From Vicugna vicugna (Eukaryota), in NCBI GenBank assembly GCA_013265495.1, contig MU063896.1, positions 620,001-684,000 on the forward strand: a stretch of 64,000 nt of DNA, given 5' to 3'. Every line of letters starts with the position of its first letter. The stretch's first letter is position 1. The notes beneath the pieces were generated by a model. The model worked only from the letters and a program-made list of their open reading frames with translations. It did no database searches and was not told the DNA's origin. The translations under genes were made by a program, and so were the position numbers. This document shows, in pieces, positions 23,529 through 34,581 of this stretch.

Positions 23529-24425
23529 TGTGTTGAATTTCCTATGACTGCTGTGACAAGTTACCATGACGTTAATTTGCAGTGTTATTCACAGTAGTCA
23601 AAAGGTGAGAACAACCCAGTGTCCATCGATGGATAAATGGGGAAACANNNNNNNNNNNNNNNNNNNNNNNNNNNNNNNNNNNNNNNNNNNNNNNNNNNNN
23701 NNNNNNNNNNNNNNNNNNNNNNNNNNNNNNNNNNNNNNNNNNNNNNNNNNNNNNNNNNNNNNNNNNNNNNNNNNNNNNNNNNNNNNNCCCACTTACACGA
23801 GGTATATTCATAGAGGCAGAAAATAGATTATTTGCTAGGGTTGGTGGGAAGGGGAAGGAGGAATTATTGTTTAACTGGTATGGAGTTTCTGTTTGAGAGA
23901 TGACGAAAAGGTCTGGAGCTGGATGGTGGTGATGGTTGCGCAACAAAGTGAATGTACTTAATGGCACGGAACTGTACACTTAAAAGTAGTTAAAATTAAT
24001 AAATCTTATGTTATAGATATTTTAGCAGAATTTTAAGAAGCTAAAAAAACCAAAACCTAGATGTTTATTCTTTCACAAACCTGGAGGCTAGAAGTTGAAA
24101 ATCAGCATCACGGGCCATGCCCTCTCCAAAAGCTCTGGGGAGGATGTGGCCCTTGGTTCTTCCAGCTTCTGAGGCTGCTGGCACCCTTGGCCTGTGGCCA
24201 CATCACTGCAGTCTCTGCCTCTACCTTCGTATTGCCCTCTTCTCTGCTTTCCCTGTGTGAAATCCCCCTCTGCCCCTCTCTTAGAAGGACTCTTTGATTG
24301 TATTTAGAGCCCACTCAGATAATCTCCCCATCTTCAGATCCTTAACCTAATCACACCTATGAAGTCCTTTTTTGCCACAGATTCCAGACATGGGTATCTG
24401 TGGGGGGCTTTTTCAGCCTGCCACA
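23529..24425 (-). mobile_element. MLT1B/C/D-type MaLR LTR split by an L1 insertion
   Basis: Start tgttgaatttcctatgactgctgtgacaagttacca (23531); resumes at ~24045 with tttattctttcacaaacctggaggctagaag...cagatccttaacctaatcacacct...cagcctgccaca. Confidence 0.8.
23575..24035 (+). mobile_element. L1MB-type 3' end inserted into MLT1 (contains N gap)
   Basis: ttattcacagtagtcaaaaggtgagaacaacccagtgtccatcg...ggagctggatggtggtgatggttgcgcaacaaagtgaatgtacttaatggcacggaactgtacacttaaaa. Confidence 0.85.
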
Positions 24426-24834
24426 CGGTCTGTCAGTGTTCCAAGGAATGTGGCCAGAATGGGAGGAAAAGAAGGTACAGAGCTGGGATTTTGGCCACAG
24501 GGAGGCAGGTCCAGGGAAAGGATGAACATCGTGGGCAGGCAAGGGCACCACTCTGTAGTTTCCTGGTGTCAGGGATGCTGTCCCAACCCAGTGGGAGGAA
24601 CCAGCTCAAGATGGGTCCACCTGTCAGGGAAGGGGTGGCCGGGATGCAGCCAGGAGTCAAGTCGCTGCCCAGCCTCACAGATGCTCCATGGCTGACCTGG
24701 TGGTACTCAGGCACTCCCAGTGTCACATGCTCTGGAGCCAAAAGGGAAGTAGAAAGTGACCACAACCTCCCTTGTGCCCACCTTAGACCCCACTAAGAAC
24801 ACCTGAGATCTATAGGAGGAACAAAGAGCCAAGT

Positions 24835-25010
24835 TGAGCTCCTGCTGTGTGCCAGGAATCAAGCCAGGCTCTCTCCATACTCAATCTCATTAAATCCCTA
24901 CTTCAGCCCTAGGAGAGGGGTCTGTCAGGCCCCTTTCACAGATGAGGCACCTGCAGCTCAGAGAGCTAAAGTGATTTGCTTATAGTTACACAGCAGATCT
25001 GTGTCCTGTC
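24835..25010 (-). mobile_element. MIR SINE
   Basis: ctgtgtgccagg...ctcattaaatccc...ccctttcacagatgaggcacctgcagctcagagagctaaagtgatttgc. Confidence 0.7.
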
Positions 25011-25127
25011 GAGCTGAAGGGCTCCAGTTCCAGCTGGACTGACCTGGGTTCACATCCTGCCCCTGTCCTTACTGGCCATGGGGCCTTGAATACACCTGTC
25101 TGCACCCGCTCCCCCATTTCTGCTCCC

Positions 25128-25143
25128 CCCCCAGGGGGCACTG
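25128..25143 (+). promoter_or_regulatory. CTCF-like motif
   Basis: CCCCCAGGGGGCACTG: 13/14 match to the core CCASYAGRKGGCRS. Confidence 0.4.
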
Positions 25144-26420
25144 CTGCAGCAAGTGTCTACTTCACAGGGTGCATTGTTACGAACATAAGCATAACGCTAA
25201 GCGTGGTGTTTGGCTCTGGTTACAAGGGAAAATGCCCAGATAACCGATATTAATATTCCCAGCCCAGCCCAGGTACAGAGAGCTAGGCCTGCCCTGGCCC
25301 GGGCCCCTCCCTCCCCTGCCCAGCAGGAGGGCCCAAGGCAGGCTGGGCGGGAAGGGGGGTTTCTGCACAGAGGAGCGCCCGGGCTTGCAACAGCTGGACC
25401 TTTCTGGTCCCTTCTTTTCTGCCTCCCCAGTGAGCCCATCACTAACCCTCAGCAAAGGAAGGGCAGGGAAGCCTCGAGATAATCCCCTGCTGGTCACCAC
25501 CCCCACCACCCCCTCCCGGGTCTCCATGGCATCAGGGACTGTTCATCCAGCTCGCTCGGGGCCCTCAGCGGGCCCAGCCTCTCTCCCAGTGCTAGCTGCA
25601 ACCGCAGGGCCGGCAGCCAGGCTGGGAAAAGCAGGCCTGACCCCACCTCCTGCTCAAGTCTCCTGGGGCTTTTGCCCACACAGAGCCCCCTCAGAGCCAG
25701 GAGTACAGTGGCAGGACAGGCCTGTGATTGTCCAAGCTGTCTTAAAGAGTTTTAGCAAACACAGCTGGCCCCACAACAGCCTGACTCACGTTGCTTCTGG
25801 AGGTCACCTAGCCAGGGTGGGGTGGGCCCCAGGGAAGTCACAGGGGCCCCGCTAAGCGCCCACGGCCTGGCGGGGAGGGGAGTGATTCCCACGGGCCTCG
25901 CTCTGGGCACACCTCACACCCGCTCAGGAAGGAAGGAGTCTGCTCATTACTGAGCACCACTGTCTGTGAACCCCTGTCCTCCCCATCCTAGGAGAGGGGC
26001 TGGTGCTAGATGAAAAGGCCCCAGGCTCGGCCCAAGGCCTTGGTGAGTTTTTCCCAAATGAACCTCCTGCCCTCCGTTCCAGACCTACCTGCTCCAACCT
26101 GCTGTCTCTGGTTCCTTTCCCGAATGCCCATAACTGGCCTCTGCCCCAGTCCCTCAAAGAGGGGGCTGTGCCAAATCTACCCCCTCGGAGCTCACTCAGC
26201 GCCCTGCTGGTTGCCCGCCAAGCACAGTCCGGTTCGTCACAGCCAGTGCCCTGGCTCCAGGGCTCTCGCCCATCAAGATCTGATGCCTTAAATCTCCTCC
26301 TTTAACTTAAAAGTGAGAAGTGCTGCAGGCCTAGCAGCAAGACCCACGTGGCCTGGGTGTGACATCAGTGACCTGAAGCATAGCCTTCCTGACATGTGAG
26401 CAGATTCCTTGTCTTTTATT

Positions 26421-26586
26421 TTTTTGTTTTCTTTTTAAAAATATCTTAACAATTTCTTTTAAACTTCCTTTTTGGGAGGAGGTAACTAGGTTTATCTGTT
26501 TATTTTTTTAATGGAGGTACTCGGGATTAAACCCAGGACTTCCTGCATGCTAAGCACACACTCTACCATGGAGCTATGCCCTCCCC
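26421..26586 (-). mobile_element. Camelid tRNA-Ala-derived SINE (Vic-1-like)
   Basis: Reverse complement: ggggagggcatagctccatggtagagtgtgtgcttagcatgcaggaagtcctgggtttaatcccgagtacctcca plus aaacagataaacctagttacctcc; imperfect TSD tccttgtcttttatt / tcctttgtttttatt. Confidence 0.85.
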
Positions 26587-28359
26587 CTCCTTTGTTTTTA
26601 TTACAGCTTCACTTAACATCTGCAGACTGTGGAGCTGCAAAGGGCCTTGAAGGATTTGAAGTCCAGCACTTCGTTTTACAAAGGAGGAACCTGGAGCAAG
26701 GACGTCCTCCAAGGCACACAGCTGGGACCGGAGGTGTAAATTGTGTGACACCCCCCCCAGGACATCATTCCCGTTGGCAGGATGACAACATGGATGACAG
26801 GGTTGGAAACTGGAGTCTTACCAGAACTCTCCCCAAACCAGGATCTAAGCCTGTGTCCCAGACGAGCGGGAGCTTACGGGACTGACTCAGGGGCCCGGGT
26901 GGGCAGGGTGATGCACAGAGAGGGCTGGGAGGCAAAACCCAGTCATAAACAGGCACAGACTGATCAAGGTGTCTTCAAGAAAGTGGGGCAGACAGAGGGG
27001 ATCCAGGTACGAGGCCCTGGGTTGGCTTCAAGGCCTGGAGGTGGGGCAGAGAAGCAGCCCTCTTCCCTACCAGGGCTGCAGCGATCGGAGAGGTGGTTAA
27101 GGTGTCCAGCAGCTCTTGCCGCCTGCTCTTACAAACTGGACAGCTGTCTGAACTATCAACTCCATCAAATTCACAGTCAGCGTCAAAACCAGCGCAAGCA
27201 GGTCGATTTTTGTAGGTGCTTCATAGTATGAGCAAGACCCCACAGAGCAGCCCCTCCCGACGCTGGGCCCAGGGAGGGCTCTTCCCACCAGACCAAGCAG
27301 CTCATTGTTCAAGCAGAGCCTAAAGTTGTTGGAAAAAATAGATTTTTATTTCTTATCTATCAATGTTTTACCCTTCTCGCTTGGCCTGTGTGAACAAGAT
27401 AGGGCACTAGGGCTTTAGCTAATTTTTAAAAGTCCGTCTAGTTCCACAACGAGTAGCAGGGGGAGGAGTGGGTCCGCCATCCGGACTCAGCCAACTCGCA
27501 GGTGGAGCAGGTACTCTGGACCTCAATGTCTCCAATTACAGAAATTAAGATAGAAGGCGAAGAACAGATTTACCTAATGAAGGATGATTTTTCAGGACTC
27601 CTCCCCTACGTGCACAAGCACTTTTCAAGGCTTATAAGTAGTCTATATATAATTTGCATTCCTTTCTTTAAAAAGGCCCCCAAATGACATACACCTAAGC
27701 CTCTAAAATTTCGTCTAACCCCAGATGGCATCAGGTAACCAGTTCAGAGGTGCTAAAGAGTCATATTTTGAGGAAAGAACCCAAACTCCCTGAGACTGTC
27801 TCTGGCTTTTACTAGCTCCTTTTTTCCCTCCACCACTAAAACGTTGGTGATGTCGGTATCCACAGCAAGCTAACATCAGACATTCACGAACATGATTCTA
27901 TTTGAAAAGCCACAGAGCTTTGGGTTGCCATGGTGTCTCTTATTAATGAGGAACTTCCACAGTGAAAAATAAAACGAAGTTCATAAAAAATTCAGCTTGC
28001 CTAATTTGACGTGAAGGTTGCGAAGCAGGAGGAAGCCAGAAGGAGGAGAAAAATTAGGTAAAAAAGGCTATGAAGGAAAGATGGAGGCTGGTCAAAGGAG
28101 AGGAAGGAGCCTCCGCACAGGGTCCCCCTACAGCACAGGGGAGAACGTCACCCTGCCCCTGCTAATACTCTTAAGTAGCAACTGAGATCTCATCCAGCAA
28201 AGACCAGCTCTTTGCTAGAAGACTGATGGCACAATGTTATGAAGAGATTCAGTCATTGGTTTTTCATTCAACAAACGGTGTAAGTATTTGTCAGTAGACG
28301 CTGGGTTTACAATGGTGAGCAAAACAGATGTGGACCCTTGTTCCAGTTAGGAGGGTAAC

Positions 28360-28814
28360 TGTCAGCCTAGGGGGGCTGAGGAGGGATTCGAGGTAAGCTG
28401 CCCAGCTGGAAAAAATGCGCGAGCAGCCAACAGGCTACGAAACAACACTTTATCGCAGTACAAGCGGGTGGTGTGTGGCGGGGGCGGCGGCAGCAGCGGA
28501 GCTCAGCACTTTCTTCTAGTTCAACAAGAGGGCCATGCCCACGTGGTGCACTTGTCCTGCTTTTACCTGTTCTGCTCACACAAGCGCATTGTTCATTTCT
28601 TTGTTCATACCGCTTACATAACGCTACTAGCGCATGCGTACCTTTACTTTCTTTGTTCATAAGGCTTACAGAACTGGCGCATGCGTAGTGGTTACGCTTC
28701 TGGCGCATGCGTCTCACACTACTAGCGCATGCGTACACTTAACGTCTTACCCGGTGTAAGCTATTGTGAACTTTGGCCTGGGCCCCACGGCCTGGTCACT
28801 TAAGGCTGCTGACA
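28360..28814 (-). mobile_element. CpG-rich ERV solo LTR (family not assigned)
   Basis: Inverted termini TGTCAGC...GCTGACA. On the minus strand: repeat-rich U3, TATA-like GTAAAAG, poly(A)-signal-like GATAAA followed by a GT-rich tract. Flanked by L2 on both sides with no PBS or internal ERV sequence. TSD only 3/5 (gtaac/ggaat). Confidence 0.75.
28585..28734. promoter_or_regulatory. Cluster of four NRF1-type motifs and three SOX/HMG-type motifs in the LTR U3
   Basis: GCGCATGCGT at 28630, 28677, 28703 and 28725; CATTGTTC once and CTTTGTTC twice; E-box CCACGTGG nearby at 28539-28546. Confidence 0.6.
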
Positions 28815-29984
28815 GGAATACAGACAAGCAGAGGTGACCGCGTGCAGTGTGAGGTGTGCTTTGAGTGAGGAGGTACAGCATGTTAGAGGAGCACAAAGAG
28901 GGCATCTAATCCAGCTTTCGGGAGTCAGGAGACTTATGTTGTGGAGCGAGGAACCAGCTGAGGCCTGCAAGATGAGTAGGCATCTGTCAGAAAAAGGAAT
29001 GAGAAGCATGTTTTAGGCAGAATAAAGAGGGAAACAGTTGAGGGTTTCTGAAGCACTGTGGACCAGGTGTGTGTTGGGTTCTGGGAGGAGGACGGAGAAG
29101 GCATGACATAAGCAGGGGCTGGACACAGCGGTTTGGAAAGTCTGAATGAGGATGGTGAACTTTACCCTAAAGGTAATGAGATTGACTTTAGGAAACCACC
29201 CAGATGGTGTGCGGAGTGGACTAGAGAGAAATAAGGGATAAGAAGACCCATTAGGAGAAGACAGTGGCCTCAGTGAAGAGAAGTGACAGCCTTGGGAGGG
29301 AGAGATGTATATGGATTCAAAAAACATTAAAAGGTACAATGGATGTGCTTTGATAATTGGTTTGAAATGAAGTGTGAAGTGTCCGAGTGTCCAACAATGA
29401 CCTCAGGTACGTCTGGCTTGAGCAGTTGGGCGTCCAGATGGTAGAGCCGTTTGGAACGGCAGTGACTCCAGAAGGAGCATGTTTAGTGCTTCTGAACTGA
29501 ATCACCCATTAGGATAAAAGGAGGCTTCAGAATTCACAGCAGAAGGCCTGGAAAGATTGAGTTATTGAAGCAACGGAGGCCAGGGCAGAGGAGGAAAAGG
29601 TAAGAGGTTGGGCAGTCCAAGAGAAAAGATACTCAGATGAGAAAAGAAGGCTATAAAAACCATATGTACAATAAAATACACACAAAATATGTGCAAAGAA
29701 AAGATGCTGGCGGTATCTTCATGACCAGGTCAGCAGCAGTGAGATTACTGGTGATTTGTGTTTCCTTCTCCTTGAGTGGCTGTATTTGCAAAGCTAAAGA
29801 TTGTAAACAAATGTGTGTTTTTTTAATAATAAAAACAAGTTATTTTTGAAAAGTTGCTATGTAGGTGAGGGAAGATGATTAAAGGGCTTTTAAATTAAAG
29901 TGAAGCACTTAATTGGAAAGGGTAGCAACAACCCAGCTAGCGGACGCTGGAGGAGATAAGTGACATGATTTACCATGTCACAAA

Positions 29985-30152
29985 TGTGGTTGCATATTGG
30001 GATCACCTGCACAATGCAACAAACACTGACCCTGGATCCCACCTCCTGAGATTCCGGTTTAATTGGCAGGAGGTGTGGCCTGAGCTCTGGAGAGTTGTTT
30101 TTTTTTAATGCTCGCAGGTGATTCTAATATCAGCAAAGATGGAGAACCACCA
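29985..30152. mobile_element. MER5A-type MITE
   Basis: ggttgcatattgggatcacctg...cccacctcctgagattccggtttaattgg...caggtgattctaat...gagaaccac. Confidence 0.7.
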
Positions 30153-30719
30153 ATGTAGTCATTAACAAGAAGTAAGGGGATCACTTCAGAGCGGCATTTT
30201 GAGTTAACTGGAAAAGAGTAAGAATCTCCAGGAGAAAATTACTGTGGCGAGGCTATGAGGAGGGGCCAAAAGCTAGCAAGGAGCCTCCTGGGTCAGGCAT
30301 GAGGCCAGTCACACAGGATGCTTTCAAATGAGAGCCAGGTGAAGTGAGCTTAACTCTAATGTTTTGGAAATAAAAGTGATGGTGGCTGGGGGGAGCTCTG
30401 AGAAACTCTGCAAGAAATGGGGGCATTTTACGTGGCAAGAAATTCTGTAGTTTCAGAGGCCTTCATGTGGTCAACAGGTGGGGAGGCTGGTACCATATTA
30501 AAGGCACGGAACTCCGGGTCGCTCAGCAAGAGGCCGTGTCAGGACAGCAACTCGGCTGAAGGCCTTCAAGTGCACAGGAGACCGTGTGGATCATATTCAC
30601 CGACTCTGAGGAGCGGTTTCACACAGTCTGCCCCAGGCTGCGTGCTGCAGTGCTCGTGGCAGAGCTGTGCTCCCAGAGACGCTAGTTGGGTGGTGCTGCG
30701 GTCACGTCTCTTTCGAATT

Positions 30720-30880
30720 CTGGTCCCATCGTTGACGATCCCCCATTCTTCTTGGGTGAGTTATTTCATTTCTGTGACCTCACTCTCTTCACTTGTGAAA
30801 AAAATGATGATAATACCTGTTTGACAGGTTTCTCAGGATTAAATGCAATAACATTGTGAAAGCCGCTAATAGGTTTTTAA
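30720..30880 (+). mobile_element. MIR SINE
   Basis: cttgggtgagttatttcatttctgtgacctcactctcttcacttgtgaaaaaaatgatgataatacctgtttgacaggtttctcaggattaaatg. Confidence 0.6.
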
Positions 30881-31222
30881 GATGTTTTGTGTTTGCCAAT
30901 GTTTGAAATAGGAACAGGAGATACAATAGCTGTTGGAGTCAGTCTGTATCCATGTCTTCCTGCTTCATTTCCATTTCTCGCCTGATAGCTTCCCCATTCT
31001 TTAACTGTCTGAATGCTGAAGTACAGCGGCTGGAGCAAACTCCATTGTTCTCAGTAGGAGATTAAAAGTGTGGAGTTGGCGGACCTAAAAAGTGCAAAAA
31101 AAGAAAAAACACAGAGTTAACAAACTCAGAACTTGATGTTGGGAATCATCAGAGTGAAATAATGATTGCTGAAATTTAAACTCTGAAAGAAAAGGCAATT
31201 GTGGTAAAGTGTGTGGGACTCT

Positions 31223-31640
31223 CACGTTTCATTAAATCTGAGATACCTTTGGTTGTAAGATACATCGTCATTTTGTGTATTATGAAGGAAAAAGAATGTT
31301 CCTAATTACACTATGACACAGTGCTTTCTTTCCTCATACAATTTTTTTTCCTTATTGAAAGCCATTTTAGGTTAAATATCTGTTGTTACTGTTTGTCACT
31401 CATGCACATCTAAGGGAAAAAACAGTGGCAAAGTTGCTTAGGTGTTCTGCAGAACTTGTTCACATTCAGTCTAATTCTCCTGAATCACTTTTCAGTCTTT
31501 GACACATGTGTTTTTCCACCCTGTAATGTCCTCTGGGCTTTCAAGTGAATTGGTAATATGTGCTGTCATTACCTCCCACACCTTCTTCTTAAGCCACTGA
31601 CATCTCTTTGCAAGCTTTTTTGCCTAGCATGTGATGAGCA
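31223..31640 (-). mobile_element. TcMar-Tigger (pogo-like) DNA transposon remnant including the transposase C-terminus
   Basis: cgtttcattaaatctgagatacc...ttgtaagatacatcgtcattt resembles a Tigger terminus. The minus strand encodes ITNSLESPEDITGWKN, similar to the pogo-type C-terminal ITNALDGTEDD motif. Confidence 0.55.
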
Positions 31641-31749
31641 GCCTTTCTGGGCCTATCTCAGTAACTAACCATAACTCAGCTTTATCTACCTGTGAATATC
31701 TTCCCTTCTTACGTGCTATAACGCTGTGCTTCTCAGACTCTCTTGTTCA

Positions 31750-31885
31750 TACAAGTCAGCTGGGGACCTTGTCAAAAGCTGATAGAAAGTAGGTCTGAGC
31801 TAGGTCTGAGATTCTGCAGTTTTCACACATCACTGGGTGAGGCCAACACGGCTGGTCCCAGTACCACAGTTTGAGTAGCAAAGCT
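31750..31885. mobile_element. MER5A-type MITE
   Basis: gtaggtctgagctaggtctgagattctgcagttttcacacatcactgggtgaggccaacacggctggtcccagtaccacagtttgagtagcaa. Confidence 0.65.
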
Positions 31886-32689
31886 ATAAAGCAATTGGTT
31901 CATTCGGTGCTTCTTTGTGGGAAAATGAGGAAGTATGGTTATTCCACCAGTAAGTACTTGTTTTGCAAATATCAAATTTCTGCCCTGCTGCTCTGTTTTC
32001 ATGCCCTTCTGTGTATACAACAATTTTTCATTTCAGTACCAAATTATAGTATAATCTCCTTGAAATTACTTAAATGGCAGTGAAACTCAACATGTGTAGC
32101 ACCAGCAATGGATGTAATTCATAGTTGTGATGGTGGAGTAAATAGCTAGGACCAAGTTAATGCATGGATGGTGAGCGCTGGCCTCCAGAGCTGATTGGAA
32201 GCTGTACTCTGATGTCAAAGATCCCAAAAATTGCAGCTTCAGCTCAAGGTAACATGGAGAATCTGTTGCAAGTCTCTATTTTAATATCTACAGTTTTTTT
32301 TCCCTACTTAAAAAAATGCTGTAATCAGCCTTACGAAGTATGAAAGATAACAGTAATAACTTGAGTGTTTCTCAGCGTCTGTGTTTTTCAACCTTTTGGC
32401 TTCACCTGTGTGAATGGAGCATGAGGATGGAAGTTGAGTGTGTGAGCGTTTGTGATACGTGTGTTTGACAACTGACTTCTCGGTGGTCAAAATCACCTGA
32501 ACCTTGTAGTAAATGCCTGAATCTATTCCCTGCACACGCTACACCCCCTCACTGAAGCAGCATCTTTGGGAGCAGATCCTGGGAGGCTCTTTCACCAAGT
32601 CCCCCAGGGAGAGCCTAACTCAGCTTAAATTTGAGAACCACTGGTTTAGTGTCTTCATACCTTGCTGCAGGATTCAGTCTGTCCACCTC

Positions 32690-33060
32690 CAAGTGGGGGC
32701 AGCTACCATCTACCAAACACTGCCAGGTGTCACAGGGAGCACCACGTGGTCTGACAGTGTTTCTCCCCGTCCTCACGGATCTTACACTCCAAATAGGTTA
32801 AGAGAGGGAGGACTGTGTCATGGGCATTCAGATGTGGGGTGGAAGGGAGGGAAGAGGAGGTTGCTTCCAATGGATATGACTGGAAAAGGCTTTATGGAGA
32901 GGTGGGAAACACTCTGGATCTTGAAAGGGGGATGAGTGTGGAGAGCAGAGGAAGAGGGCATTTCAGGCAAGTGGCACAGATAAGCAAAGGCAAGGAGGCA
33001 GAAAGCCCTAGTCCTTTTCCGGAGATGGACAGTAGACCAGGTATTCAAAGGAGATGGTTT
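32690..33060 (-). mobile_element. L2 fragment
   Basis: aaaggctttatggagaggtgggaaacactctggatcttgaaaggggg...gcatttcaggcaagtggcacagataagcaaaggcaaggaggcagaaag. Confidence 0.6.
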
Positions 33061-33842
33061 GTGTCACGGAATCACAAAGTGCAAGCTTGCAAAGCTTGAT
33101 GGGAATAAGGTGATGCTCCTGGAAAGGCATCTGGTCTCTCCATTTAGAGTTTTTTTTAATATGATTATTTCCTTTTCTTTTTCCCTCCTCCTCCTCCTCC
33201 ATTCTAGTCTCATTTCAAATTGAGATAGGAGACCCCTAGCCTTTGCTTTTCCATCAGTACCATGGGCCATACCCCTCTCCCCTTGGCGCTGGCTTCCCCT
33301 GCCACGCAGCTCGGTTCTGCACAGACTCCTGTGTCATACCCCCTCTGCTGTCAGCTGGCGCATGAGGAGAAATGCAAGCTCAATGCAATGTTCATCTGAG
33401 CAAAACACAGCTCGAGAGGAAATTGTGCTGCTCTGTTGCAAATAGCATATGGTACCTCCCAGAAGCCAAAAGAAATGATTTTTAATCATCTGCTGTTCAG
33501 AATTATCCACGCTCCCTTTCCTCAGCGTGGATAATTGAGGGTTGGCTGTATCTGGATTTCAAAGCAGTTTGGACTTTATTAAAAGCCGAGGCTCCCAGTT
33601 TGCACCCCCACCCCAGTGGGCGTTCGTGCCTGTAGTTAAAATGACCTGTGAGGGGAAGGCTGCAGAGGTACCTCTGATGGGAGTGGTCACAGGGAAGGGC
33701 ACTTCTATGTTGCGTACGTGAGACCAAAATGATTGCAGCTGCCTTCCATCAGGGGTGACGGCCTTTGTGCTCTGGATGTGGAGTGCCGTTACCTCTAGAC
33801 GTTTCAGTCAGCTCTGCAAAAAGTCTTTCGTGAGCTTAACAC

Positions 33843-34581
33843 CTTTTTATTTTATTTATTTTTAAAAAACTTAACTGAAATATAAATGATTTACAACGTA
33901 ACTTTCAGGTGTACAGCAAAGCACTTCAGTTACACATATATACACATGTATTTTTTGAGATTCTTTTCCATTATATGTTATTATGAGAAATTAAATACAG
34001 TTCCCTGTGCTATACAGTAGGTCCTTGTTTTTTATTTATTTTATTTATAGTAATGTGTACCTGTTAATCCCAAACTCCTAATTTATCCCTCCCCTGCCCT
34101 TTCCCCTTTGGCAACCATAGTTTGTTTTCTATGTCCATAAGTCTATTTTTGGTTTATAAATAAGATTTGTATCAATGTTTTTAGATTCCACATATAAATG
34201 ATATCATATGATCTTTGTCTTTCTCTGTCTGACTTACTTCACTTAGTATNNNNNNNNNNNNNNNNNNNNNNNNNNNNNNNNNNNNNNNNNNNNNNNNNNN
34301 NNNNNNNNNNNNNNNNNNNNNNNNNNNNNNNNNNNNNNNNNNNNNNNNNNNNNNNNNNNNNNNNNNNNNNNNNNNNNNNNNNNNNNNNNNNNNNNNNNNN
34401 NNNNNNNNNNNNNNNNNNNNNNNNNNNNNNNNNNNNNNNNNNNNNTTTCAAATTATAGTTTTCTTTGGATATATGCCCAGGAGTGGGATTGCTGGATCAT
34501 ATGTTAAGTCTATTTTTAGTTTCTTAAGGAACCTCCATACTGTCTTCTATAGTGGCTGCACCAATTTACAATCCCACCAAC
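33843..34581 (-). mobile_element. Cetartiodactyl/camelid-type L1 3' end, 5'-truncated, with TSD
   Basis: tcaggtgtacagcaaag...ttccctgtgctatacagtaggtccttg...atagtggctgcaccaatttacaatcccaccaac; TSD AGCTTAACAC at 33833-33842 and 34582-34591, each followed by a T-run. Confidence 0.9.

Larger units (their letters stand above)
28245..29620 (-). mobile_element. L2 LINE (long 3' portion) split by an LTR
   Basis: ttcattcaacaaac...tgggtttacaatggtgagcaaaacagatgtggaccc before 28360; resumes after 28814 with typical purine-rich L2 antisense sequence (gaactttaccctaaaggtaatgag...ctggcttgagcagttggg). Confidence 0.75.

Noticed and set aside
28367-28738. ORFs over the NRF1 cluster (MYACASSVRRMR...)
   Set aside because: Their repetitive peptides simply mirror the LTR U3 repeats; not coding.
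28590-28740. Repeat-spacer look of the U3 array (CRISPR-like)
   Set aside because: Eukaryotic LTR context, short irregular repeats and spacers, and no cas genes.
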